The notes: generated by a model from the sequence alone, not told the origin. A stretch of DNA of 64,000 bases from Eledone cirrhosa (GCA_964016885.1 OZ024761.1:7564001-7628000), one strand, 5' to 3'; positions 13,661 through 25,564 are shown, counted from the stretch's first letter. Made by a program: numbers and translations.

Positions 13661-13921
13661 TAATCTTTATTGAGCACTCTTCGGATTTTAGTCTTCACAT
13701 TTTTTATTTTTACTATATACATATATATATATACACACATATATATACACACACACACACATATATATACACATATCAATGACTATCAACTTTTAATAAA
13801 GAAACAGAAAAACATAATTTTTAAGTTTTTCCCCGTTTCTTTATTACTTTTTGACATAATTATGTATTATATACGTGTATATACATGTGTGTGTGTGTGT
13901 ATATATATATACATGTGTATA

Positions 13922-15727
13922 TATCTATCTTACAAGGGTAAAGGAGATGCTCTAGATAGGGGATACTATAGGGGCATTAAGTTAGTTGACCAGGTCATGA
14001 AAATCACAGAAAGAGTTATTGCACAACTAATTAGAGACCGAATTGATCTTGATGAAATGCAGTTCGGGTTTGTGTCAGGTAAAAGTACCACAGATGCTCT
14101 TTTCCTTGTACAACAACTACAGGAGAAGTACCTAGCAAAAAGTAAACCCCTCTACTTAGCTTTTGTTGACTTGGAGAAAGCCTTTGACAGAGTCCCCCCG
14201 CTCCCTTATCTGGTGGGCCCTTAGAAAACTAGGTGTAGATGAATGGCTTGTGAGAGCTATACAAGCCATGTATAAAGAAACAGTCAGCAAGGTTAGAATT
14301 AACAATGAATATTGTGAAGAATTTAGTGTAAAAGTTGGTGTTCATCAAGGCTCTATCCTTAGCCCCCTCCTATTTATTATTGCCCTACAGGCTATAACAA
14401 AGGAGTTTAAGACTGGCTGCCCATGGGAACTCCGATACGCAGATGATCTAACTCTCATAGCTGAATCTATGGCTGAACTAGAGGAGAAATTCCAAACATG
14501 GAAGCAAGACCTAGAATGAAAAGGCCTTAAAGTTAACTTCTCTAAGACTAATGTTCTAGTTTGTAGAAAGGAAAATAGGGCACAGGTGCCCTCTGGGAAA
14601 TGGCCATGCTCAGAAAGGAGTAGGTAGAAATTCCATTCTATGTCCCAAATGCAAACTATAAAAGATGTAGTGGGATCACAGGCAAGCTACCTAAGAACGT
14701 ACAATTTATATGTGGCCAATCCTCAGGTGCAATAAGTAGCAAGTGCCCACAGGATACTAGCTCCTTCTACTGCCCAGATGGTTCTATAGAAATAGTGTAT
14801 ACTTTCCGTTACCTGGGTGACAAAATCAGCAGTGGTGGAGAGTGCTCTGAAAGTACAGTAGCCAGAGTCAGAACGGGATGGAAAAAGTTCAGAGAGCTTA
14901 TACCGCTATTGGCCACAAAAGGTTTATCTCTAAAAATGCAAGGCAGATTGTATGATGCTTGTATACGAACAGCAACATTACATGGCAGTGAGACATGGGC
15001 ATTGCATGCAGAGGACTTGCGTAGACTGGAAAGGAACGAAGCATGCATACTTCATTGGATATGTAATAGTAATATACACGAACGGCTAAACATAAACAAA
15101 CTAAGTGAGAAATTAGGAATAAGCAGGATCAGATGCAGTTTACTTGAGAGAAGACTACGTTGGTATGGTCACGTGATGCGCATGAAAGATGACAGCTGTA
15201 TAAAAAGGTGCAGAGCGATCAAAATTGATGGAAGTTACGGAGTAGGTAGACCAAGAAAAACCTGGGACGATTTGATAAATTCTGACCTTGCACACTTGCA
15301 TCTCACCAAGACAATGTCACTGGACCGAGATCTTTGGCGCTATGCAGTAATACAGAAGACCCGCCGTCCCTACGGTCAAAGTTAACCTACAGTCAGTAGG
15401 CACCTCTTAACCAAATATACACCCCAACCCACTACCCCTACCTCATCCTCGCACTCCCACCAACACCACCCTTTCTCTATAAAGTTATGTTGGTACCACA
15501 ATATCCAGTTCAAGCTAATGAGGTGGTGTAGGTGTCACGACAAAAAAACACAATCCACGCTGTAAAGTGGTCGTATAGGTAACTCGGTAAAAAGCTCCAG
15601 TCCACACTGTAAATTTGGTTGGTGCTCGGAAGGGCATCCAGCCGTAGAAAACCTGCCAGACACGGTCACCCGATCAATCTTGCCTCAAGAGGGACAATTC
15701 CCGTCTAACCCATGCTAGCATGGAAGA
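13922..15727 (+). mobile_element. RTE-clade LINE with degenerate reverse transcriptase
   Basis: YRGIKL, QFGF, FVDLEKAFDRV, GVHQGSILSP, YADD motifs across frameshifts and stops; same family as 9092-10255. Confidence 0.95.
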
Positions 15728-16035
15728 TATATTTCTTCATTTGTTTTATATAATGTAATTCTCTCATTTAAACAAATATGTAATGGGTAAAAATAGATTA
15801 ATAAAGCCTCTATCAACGACGACGGCAATTTTGAAGTGAGGCTCGCAAGAGTTGGGAACAAAATCTTTCAGAGAAGTTATATATATATATAAAGGAAAAA
15901 ATAGTGCTCTCTGTATAAAACAGAAATATTTAATTAGAGGGAACAACACAATGTATAGCTACTCCATAAGGTCCTGAAACCTTTGGTAATGGAGGAGTTA
16001 TATATTATGTTGTGCACTCTCTAATTAAATATATA

Positions 16036-16433
16036 TGCAAGGGCAATCCCAAAAGTAAGATCTCCTTCCGATATTGCAACTTTTCCGTTAAAATCCTGTG
16101 GATGGTGCTTTGGGAAACCTCAGGAAACAAAATACAGAGAGCATCCAGAGTGATCCGCCAATCTTTACGCATGTTTTCCTCGGAAGGAGACCTTACTTTT
16201 GGGATTGCCCTCTATATAATAACTGCGCGAAATTCACACTTGGCGGTAGCGTTCAACGGGAGCTCCATTCTCAATGGCTGCCAAGCCAAGATTGAGCATC
16301 CCAGCAAAGCGCGCGCATGCTTCTTTGGGAGTGAAGGAAGCACCAATCACAACAGTGTTGCCAACAGCCGTACGAACAATTTCTCTGCGTCCCCCATCGC
16401 TTTGGAGACCTTACTTTAGGGATTACCCTCGTA
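16036..16433 (-). mobile_element. Mariner remnant with nested TIR-bounded MITE
   Basis: Three related TIRs GAGGG(C/T)AATCCC(A/T)AAAGTAAG(G/A)TCTCC at ~16037, ~16213 and ~16432; minus strand encodes mariner-like start MELPLNATAKCEFRAVI. Confidence 0.65.
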
Positions 16434-16494
16434 TATACATACATTATATATATATATATTTTTTCTAAAGTGGATTAACTCAAATTTATCCTCA

Positions 16495-17900
16495 TTCAGC
16501 AGCATATTGTTCTTTTCTGCCCATTGGATAACAGCAAGCAGGTCTGAAGGCAAGTCCGGTCACCCACCTCATTGATGAACTTCTTGAGCGTGGAATCATC
16601 AGCAAAGATTCTTATGTTGCTGTGCTTGATGATGTCAGTAATGTCATTAATGTAGATGATGAAAAGAAGTGGGCCCGACACACTGCCTTGTGGAACGCCA
16701 CTACTGACTTTGGCTGGGCTTGATTTTACTCCTTCGACTACATTTTGGGCTCTGTCTATCAGGAAACACTTGATCCACTGTAGTAATTATGATCAACTCT
16801 GTCAAAGGCCTTGCTGAAATCAAGGTAGATGACATCAGTGTTGGAGCCCTCTCCCAAAACTCTCAAAATATCATCAAAGTGACGCAGTAGCTGCATTAGG
16901 CAGTCCCTTCCATTACAGAACCCGTGTTGGTTGGAGTTCAGCAGTCAGTTGCTTTTGGGAAAGTGGGTTATTCGTGATCTAACCACCCTCTCAAATACCT
17001 TGATAAGAGAGGTGAGTGAGATCGGACGGTAGTTCACTGCAACGGACTTGTTTCCCTTTTTGAAAACTGGGACAGAAAGTTTTCAGGAATATAGCCAGCA
17101 TCCAGTGAGTCCGTCCACAGATTAGCAAGAGGAGATGCAAGTTGGTGTCGACACACCTTCAGGACACAAGCAGGGAACCTATTGGGGCCTACTGCTGGAT
17201 TGGGTTTAATTTCGTTTATTGCCGCTAAGACATCAGGGGCGCCAAACGTTATGACCGATATAGTGTGTTGGGGATTAACATCACTGATACAGCCCAGATC
17301 GGCCATATCAGGATTGCTGAAAACAGAGCAGTATCACACCCATGGTTTTGGCATTATCTTGGAGTGTGCCATTTTCATCAACTAGAGGATCAACAGTGGA
17401 AACATTGACCTTGTGTTTTTTCGCAAATGAAAATAACACTTTGGGGTTGAGTTTGATTTTCTCAATGGCCCATTTCTCCTCATCTGTTCTTTGGTTATTG
17501 AGGATGGTCTTCATGTATTGTTGGGGGTTATATTTGATTCAAGCAGTGCGTTAGCTGTCGAATGTGTGTGTTGCTGTTGGCAGTATTTTAGTGTTAATTT
17601 TTTTCTTTCTTTCTGATAATAGTTTTTTTTTCTGTTTTGGGGGATATTGCACTTAGTTTTGTTCACAGGTCTTGGTGGGGTGTGTTTTGCACAGTGTCTA
17701 CAAAGATCTGCCAAGATGTTTTGATGTTGGTGGAAATGAGTGCGTGTGTAAAAGACCAGTCAACATGTGATAGATCGTTCATGATTGCATCTCAGTTGGC
17801 ATTGTAGAGATCCATGTTATCAATGGGTGGGCTGGAGAGACGTCACTAGCATTAGCTTTTGGCTGGTCTAATCTCTGAAAGAAGAGCTTTTTCCACTGTA
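16495..17900 (-). mobile_element. CR1/L2-type LINE ORF2 fragment (related piece 63290-64000)
   Basis: GVPQGSVSGPLLFIIYINDI, IFADD, YLDFSKAFDRV, KLNPKVLFSFAKK motifs, degraded. Confidence 0.88.
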
Positions 17901-17901
17901 A

Positions 17902-19058
17902 TCTATACATATATATAAAACTGTAGTTGTCTCTGTGTGTGTATGTCCTCATTTTTGTAAAGTCTATACAAATCCACATTTCTACTCCGATTGACGTCAA
18001 ACTTGCATTTATATATTCCTTGTGGTCTAAAGATATTAACTGCAGCTTTTATTTTTCAATTTTCTGTTGTTAAAGGGGTGTTAGGCGCTGGTTATCGATC
18101 TCCGTCGCGCCCTTATAATAATATCTGTCTGTATGTCTGGCTGTCTGCATTACGACAAACATTGATGACGTATTATGTTAGCTATTTTCCGTTCATTGCC
18201 AGGGAACGTCTTCACGAACCAAAGTATCGTCTTCCTGTTTTCCTTCGGTCGCAATGTTTTTCGAAATATTTACTTCTGCGTTCACAGATTGATTTTTTTT
18301 AGTTTCAAAAGATCCTGTTAAGGGTGAAAGCAGCGATTCTTTGCTTAAACTTTAATCTGTTATTTTAATATATAATATAAGCAAGGCAAGCCAGCCCAGT
18401 TACACTTCTTGCCAATAAACATTAACCCTTTGTGCACCATTCATCTAACTGTAGACCAACAAATACCAACTAAACAGAGTATTGACAAGAACGATGGCGA
18501 ATGAATCTTCGAAGTAAGCAGTTTCCTCCCGAGCTGTTAGTTCACGCGGGATTCTCTGCTACACCTTTTCGTAATAATACCGAACAACGTACTGCTGGTC
18601 ACTCCTTCCCCCAAAAGCTGTACAAAGCTGACATGTGCATCGGGCAGCTGGATCGGGTGCAAATCTACACCAGGCCTACGCGAGAAATTCGCAAGGGACT
18701 GCACCGAGAGGAATAGAGAGAAAGAGTAACTTAATGGAAAGAGTGCGAATGAACTTTTGAGGTAAGTAGCCTACGCCTTACTGCTATGACACTGGAACCT
18801 TCTGCCAACTGAACCTGTGACTTTCTCTTTCACATTTGCTCCAATAGGCCAAAACAGAGGAGTATGAAAAGAAGGGGCTCAACAATATTTCTATGAACAA
18901 TGCACATAGACAGCTAAACTGTACTTTCAACTTCTTAATTTTCTCCAAATAAAACAAGTTTCCTGTCGGTATTTAACAGGCACTCACAAATAAACGTTTC
19001 TCATTGGAGGTTCTATTACCAATGTTCTTACCCGTGCAACGCCGGGATACACTGCTAG
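17902..19058 (+). mobile_element. Non-autonomous Helitron-like element
   Basis: 5' TCTATACATATATATAAAACTGTAGTTGTCT, 3' CCCGTGCAACGCCGGGATACACTGCTAG followed by T. Confidence 0.7.
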
Positions 19059-19106
19059 TATTATGTATAGTGTTAGTGTGGTTACTAAACACTAGGTCCA
19101 AATTGT

Positions 19107-19350
19107 TCATGTGATGTGCATGGAGGATGACCGCTGGGTAAAGAAGTGCCAAGAAATCCCAGTAGAAGGAAGACGCAGTAGAGGTAGACCATGAAAAACA
19201 TGGGCAGAGATGGTGGGAGCAGACCTCAGATCGCTGAAACTCACCGAGGAGATGACGAAGGACCGTGACAAGTGGAGAGATGCTGTGCTGAACAGGACCC
19301 GCCCCACCCTTGCAAGCAGGGAAAAGCGGACGAAAAATGATGATGATGAT
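19107..19350 (+). mobile_element. RTE LINE 3' fragment, second family (related: 32575-33170, 37290-37475, 44770-45665, 61838-62250)
   Basis: HVMCMEDDRWVKKCQEIPVEGRRSRGRP; tail CCCACCCTTGCAAGCAGGGAAAAGCGGAC + (GAT)n. Confidence 0.85.
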
Positions 19351-19572
19351 ATATCTGTATATATATATATATATATATATAGAATGGAAAACAAAAAGTC
19401 AGTGATGCAACGGAACCCAATTTATTACGTATTACAATTGTTTCCCTGGCGAACAGCTCGAGGTGCGATCTGTTTGTGGATCGAACCTGACTCTGGATTC
19501 GCAGGTTCCTCAGACACGTCTATTGTTTTTGGAGCAACCTTACTACAAATATATATATATATGTGTATATTG

Positions 19573-19640
19573 CTTCATCTGACGAACGAATGCAGACGTC
19601 TCTTGTGTTCGTCCTGTTCGGGAAACCTCGGGTAATGAGG
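19573..19640 (+). ncRNA. Hammerhead-ribozyme-like motif (type I, variant stem II)
   Basis: CTTCAT-CTGACGA-[stem II]-GAAAC-CTCGG-GTA-ATGAGG; stem I CTTCAT/ATGAGG pairs. Confidence 0.55.
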
Positions 19641-19739
19641 TAATTATACTGTGTTGTTTATTATACATTAAATATTTAGCTCTGTTACTTACATAGAGCA
19701 CTCTTCATTCCTTTTACTTTTTCCACGGGAACTTCAACA

Positions 19740-19841
19740 CTTATATATATATAAATCTTTATATCTGTATATATATATATCTGTATATATATATATCTAT
19801 CTGTATATATATATCTATCTGTATATATATATATATATATA

Positions 19842-19876
<35 letters not shown>

Positions 19877-19877
19877 A

Positions 19878-19943
<66 letters not shown>

Positions 19944-19989
19944 TATATCTGTATATATATATATATATCTGTATATATATATATATATA

Positions 19990-20020
<31 letters not shown>

Positions 20021-20037
20021 CTGTATATATATATATA

Positions 20038-20072
<35 letters not shown>

Positions 20073-20100
20073 GTATATATATATATATATATCTGTAGAT
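19740..20100. repeat. (TA)n/TCTG compound microsatellite
   Basis: Direct reading. Confidence 0.95.
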
Positions 20101-21073
20101 ATCATCATCATTCATTTCATTTTATGTCCGCTTTTTCCCTGCTTGCAAGGGTGGGACGGGAACTGATTCTGGCTTGATCTCTACAGCTGGATGCCCTTCC
20201 TAACACCAACCTCATTTACAGTGAGTGCTGAGTGCTTTTTTGCCGTGGCACCTCCACGACCACTTTGCAGTGGAATGATAGGGACCCCAGTCCCTATCAT
20301 CTCATTTCTACAGCTGAGTAAACTGGAGCAATGTGAAATAAAGTGTCTTGCTCAAGGAAACAACACATCACCCGGTCTGAGAATTGAACTCACAACCTTT
20401 CGATTGCAAGGCCAATGCTTCATATATATATATATATATATATATGAAGGCACATGGCTTAGTGGTTAGAGCATTGGCCTTGCAATCGAAAGGTTGTGAG
20501 TTCAATTCTCAGACCGGGTGATGTGTTGTTTCCTTGAGCAAGACACTTTATTTCACATTGCTCCAGTTTACTCAGCTGTAGACCCAGTCCCTATCATTCC
20601 ACTGCAAAGTGGTCGTGGAGGTGCCACGGCAAAAAAGCACCAAGGACTCACTGTAAATGAGGTTGGTGTTAGGAAGGGCATCCAGCTGTAGAAATCAAGC
20701 CAGAATCAGTTCCCGTCCCTCCCTTGCAAGCAGGGAAAAGTGGACGTAAAATGATGATGATGATGATATATATATATATATATATCTATATACTTATACA
20801 GCTTCCAAGGGAATGATCGGATATATATATATATCTGTAGATATCGGGTAATGAGGTAATTATACTGTGTTGTTTATTATACATTAAATATTTAGCTCTG
20901 TTACTTACATAGAGCACTCTTCATTCCTTTTACTTTTTCCACGGGAACTTCAACACTTATATATATATAATATATATATCTATCTGTAGATATATATATA
21001 TACACACACACATATATATATATATATATTTAGATACACACACATATATATATATATTTATGTATATTTAGAT

Positions 21074-21108
<35 letters not shown>

Positions 21109-21613
21109 GGAAAATGTTCAAGACCCCGGAGTCCAGAAATAGCCGCCGAAACGGCTTGAGCTCTGCCGTCGGGGTCTTGAACATTTTCCTATATATATGT
21201 GTGTGTATATATATATATAAATAAATCTAAAATTACCTTTTTTAACTATATATAGTTAATAAAAGATAATTTTATATATATATGATATATATATATACAC
21301 ATATATATGTGTTTATATATACACACATATATATATATATATATAGTAATAAATGTGTGTGTGTGTGTGTATACATGTTCTTCCCATGTGCCGCTTGTTT
21401 GTCGGTGTTGAAAGTACTGAGACGGTCGTAGAAAGAGCGAAAATCTTATGAAATATCAACTGAAAGACAGGCTTTGGCGTTAGAAGAGAGACGAGGAAGA
21501 TAAAAATATAATCTCACCGAAGATTGTTAAGAACATTAAATCAAACTATAACGGTTGGTTGGTTTGTAGAAGAAGGAGAAAACAATATAACAAACATTTA
21601 GTAATCAACTCAC

Positions 21614-21627
21614 GTTAACGGATTCAT
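21614..21627 (-). CDS. RBMX2: RBMX2 coding exon 1 (14 nt, MNPLT)
   Basis: Minus strand ATGAATCCGTTAAC followed by GTGAGT donor; MNPLT is the conserved RBMX2 N-terminus; phase 2 joins correctly to exon 2. Confidence 0.88.
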
Positions 21628-21629
21628 CG

Positions 21630-21940
21630 TTTGGCCGCCATTTGCTAACAACAACTTTCACACTTCCGGAAAAAGAACAACAAAATTTTCCCCGTTTTTT
21701 TTTCTCATTTTTTTTTTAGTTCACTATTTCAAACATAAATTGCATAATAGTTTATCGTAACGTAGTCTCATGTTAAACAAAGATAATAATACTGTAAAGT
21801 TATTCAAAAATTTCAACAACGAAAAAAAAAAATTATTTAAAAAAAAAAATAAAACTGAAAAAAAAAAATGAAAGCAATGTCGTAAAAATAAACTTGGCAT
21901 GGTTTTACGGTAAGCATCGCCGTTTCCCATGGCAGCAACA
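21630..21940. promoter_or_regulatory. Probable bidirectional promoter RBMX2 / ERICH6-like
   Basis: Relatively CpG-rich; YY1-like GCCGCCATTT (~21634-21643), ETS-like CACTTCCGG (21661-21669), RFX X-box-like GTTTCCCATGGCAGCAAC (~21922-21939); candidate plus-strand donor CG|GTAAGC at 21910. Confidence 0.55.
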
Positions 21941-22002
21941 CACATACCTACACACAGCAATGATTCAACCATATATATAAATATCGAATGTCTCTCCTGT
22001 AA

Positions 22003-22075
22003 GTCTGGTGGTGTATTGGTAAGTATCTTGCCTGTTGTGCAGGAAATCTGCGTTCGAGTCCACCACCCGGGGGAG
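22003..22075 (+). pseudogene. Degenerate tRNA-like sequence (tRNA-Asp-like pseudogene or SINE head)
   Basis: A-box-like TGGTGTATTGGT, anticodon arm CTTGC-CTGTTGT-GCAGG, B-box GTTCGAGTCC; resembles tRNA-Asp but acceptor and T stems are poorly paired. Confidence 0.45.
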
Positions 22076-23049
22076 GGAACAGGTGTTTAAATAGGTTTAC
22101 CTACTTTACCAACCAACCTCACTTGTCTAATAATATTATATTACATTAACAAGGGCGTCGGACAAATTGACTTGAGGTATTTAGTTACCACTTTCTAACT
22201 TCTATATTGAAATATTATACTGGGGTCAGCTGCGCCTTTTTATTCTTCCACGGATGGTGGTGGTGGTGGTGGTGGAATGGCCGATAAAATAAAATACCAG
22301 TTAAATACTGGATCGATATAATACCTAAATAGCTGGCTTCTGTTGGCTCTGTATTAGAAAAATCATTATATTAAATCCACATCTTGACTTTACTCATCCA
22401 CATTTAAGATAATCTAGAGCTGCATATATATATATAATATATATTACATAGACTCAGTACTTGACTGTACTTTAGACGAACGGACTTTATAAAGAGATGT
22501 CACTAAACATTTCCGACGTTTAAGTATTTTCACTCTCACCCGTCCTCAACACTGTCCTATTTAGACCTGTTAGACAGCTAAATCTACTTGAAATCACATA
22601 TTAAATATAAAGGATAAATTTGATAATGTAATAGGAAAAAATACCTTCAAGAGAATGAGGTAATGGTGGTGACGGCTGGAATATTTCTGGTCACAGATCT
22701 GCTCGTTCAGGGTTGATTTGGGGCTAAACATCAGTAACAAGTGTTATAATATGGTTAACTATTTCGTTGCTATATTTCTAATGTATGACACTGGAATTTT
22801 AAAATCATCTTGAAATAATCAAGAATTTGGATGGCATTTAGTAATATAACTAACTTACTCATTATTAAGCTGGTATCAGGAACATAACTTAACAAAGGTT
22901 TTTTTCATAAAATTATGGTGGAAGGTTTTTAGATAACGTTACTCCAAAGACCCTTCAGGGAAACCCCATTTCAGCTGCTTGTAGTCACGACTGTATACTT
23001 TTGGTCATTACTGAATTGAAGGTACTGAGTTTGTCTTTTACACCTCCAT

Positions 23050-23370
23050 AAAAATCACACAGATGTACACCAGGTCTGAATACAGAAGAGCTGATCTCCC
23101 ACTGTCATCGCCTTTGCCCCTCTCATCCTCCACATCTCTCACTATTATGAGCAAATGGGGCCCCACGCGCCGGCTGCCCCATGGCTCCGGTGGACAGAAT
23201 AGAGAAAGCGTTTCCACAGACGATGGTGAGGAAGATGCGCTGGAATAGCCATTACATCGCGCGAGGTTCACACCTGCGGTTAGCCAGCTCACCCCCTATG
23301 GTGGTGAGTAGGGAGGTAGCCCTAGGGTCAAGGACACTAGAAGTCTCCATGTTCAGCATGCATGTAGAAA
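23050..23370 (-). mobile_element. RLE-type (CRE-like) non-LTR retrotransposon 3' fragment (second copy ~25920-26180)
   Basis: Minus strand VEISGVLGSRA...WLFQGISLTIIWGNALSIL, typical C-terminus of restriction-like-endonuclease LINEs. Confidence 0.6.
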
Positions 23371-23879
23371 TGGCACAGGATTAATTAAGGAGAAATAATT
23401 ATTTACAGGGACAAATGTAGGGTTAGAACCCAGGACCTTGTGATTGGAAAGAGGACAGGAAGATGAGAAAATACAAGGGCTTGTCCGGCCATTTCCTCTT
23501 TGTACCTGTTGCTGTCGATACCTTAGGTATCCCTTGACCCAGTACAACTGAGCTCCTCCATACAATCAGAACGACAGCAGCCCGTCTGAAGAAGGAGCCC
23601 CGCAAGGTGGGGGTTGCTGTTGCAGCAGGTGTTGCTGGCCTTTGCCATTTTGTCCATGGGCTGCAGCAGAAACATTGCTGTGACCAAGGTATAGAGTATT
23701 ACCCTCTCCCCACCATTCTTTATCCTGTTGCCTATAGTCTTTGATCTTTCCCTCCCTTTCCTCTCATGATCTGCCCTTCTTTACACCTTTCCCCCTTTTT
23801 CCCGTTTTTTTACGTTTCGTTTTTTTTTTGTTTTTATCCTTTTTTGATACCTTCATCATTGTATAACTTTTGTTCAATA

Positions 23880-25526
23880 AATTTTTGTATGAGTAAACGT
23901 CTTATTGTATGAACATCGCAAACAACTTCTCCAATCCAATTCCTTCTATAGATAACACTAGATCACTCATTAATAATCTCTCTAATTGCAACTGCCGCAT
24001 TAAAAATAAATGTCCTCTCAACAACCATTGTCTCGATAAAAACTTAATTTATGAATGTAAAATTATAACTAGCACCAATTCCTTCACCTATTTTGGCTCC
24101 ACTTCCACCTCTTTTAAAGCTCGTCTCTATAATCATCATTCATCTTTCAAATACAAACTTAAAAGAACTAACACTGCTCTCTCAGAACTCATATGGTCCT
24201 TAAAAGACAAAAACATTAAATATACCATCTTTTGGAAGAAGATTTCTTCTGCATCCTCATACTTGAACAGCTCTCTATCTAAAATCTGTAATCTCTGCCT
24301 AAATGAAACATTTACCATTATCTCTAACCTAGATTCTATAATAAATAGACGCACAGATTTGTTTTCTATCTGCCTGCATAAATTCCATAGAACTTTTCAC
24401 AAAGTATACAGTTAATATTCAATTCTTTATCAATTTAGAATCTTTTCTCAAAGGCACATATACATACACCTCTTTAAAATATACCCATCTACCTTACTTT
24501 AAAGGGCATTATACACTCTATAATACTCGTTTACTCATTACCCTCATTCTATCTTCTTGTAAAATCATAACATTTGTTTTGACATTAGAATATTCATCCG
24601 CAATCATTATTATTTTTTCTCTCTATCATAAATCTTTTTAATCTCAATTTCATCCTTAATTTATTATTATTTTTTTTCTCCCCATCAACGAACTCATTAT
24701 TAATACATATTAACTCTTTATTCGCATATATTATCAATTCAATCAATATACAAACTTTAACTTCACATTATTTTTCTCAAATCCTTCTACACACAAACCT
24801 TAACAATTTTTCTCTTCGTTAATTTTGAAATTGCCACAATACATACATTTCTTTTTTTGACGTTAGAATATTCACCCACAATTATTATTTTTTTCTCTCT
24901 ATCTTCATACATAATTTCCCTTCGTTAATTTTCAAATTCCTTTAATTTATACATTATCTTCCAACGGTTCCCAACCTCTCTATATTAAAACAATATATCT
25001 TTTTCTCAGTTATAAAAACTATCTCTTTCTCTCTATCACCCATCTCTCCCTCTCCACCTTCACTCTCATCTCCTCCCCCTTTTTTTCATCCTTTCCCCCC
25101 CCCTCCCTCCCTAAATAAAATATTTTTTCCTCGCACATATCCTCCCTTCGTTAATTTTCAAAATTTTTAATTTATACAGTATCTTCCAACGGTTTTCAAC
25201 CTCTCTATGTAAAAAATATATCTCCTCTCAGTTATAAAAACTATCTCTTTCTCTCTATCACCCATCTCTCCCTCTCATCTCCTTCCCTTTTCATCCTCCC
25301 CCCCCCCCCCTCTCTAAATAAAATATTTTTCCCAATATCACACATCAATCTAAAACCACTTTCCATATGTTGATTTAAAACTGCACTATCCACAAGTGTT
25401 TTTTAGCCTTCATATCATGTTCTCCTGTTTTATCTGATGAAAACACAAATATTATTGCATGATGATGTTTGTTTTTGAAATGCGCATAATAAAATATATG
25501 GAACTCCTTTAACGATCTTTTGATCT

Positions 25527-25530
<4 letters not shown>
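23880..25530 (+). mobile_element. Penelope-like element, 5'-truncated, GIY-YIG endonuclease plus 3' region
   Basis: ORF 23909-24415 CNCR..CPLNNHC..NLIYEC..YFGST..FKARLYNHHSSF..CNLCLNE; ends in hammerhead motif then (TA)n. Confidence 0.9.
25428..25494 (+). ncRNA. Type I hammerhead ribozyme (Penelope-associated)
   Basis: TTTTAT-CTGATGA-16-bp stem II-GAAA-TGCGCA-TA-ATAAAA; intact core, palindromic minimal stem III, AUA cleavage triplet. Confidence 0.85.

Positions 25531-25564
<34 letters not shown>

Noticed and set aside
18308-18340. CTGTTAAGGGTGAAAGCAGC in the fold-back family as a hammerhead core
   Set aside because: Lacks CUGAnGA and an NUH triplet
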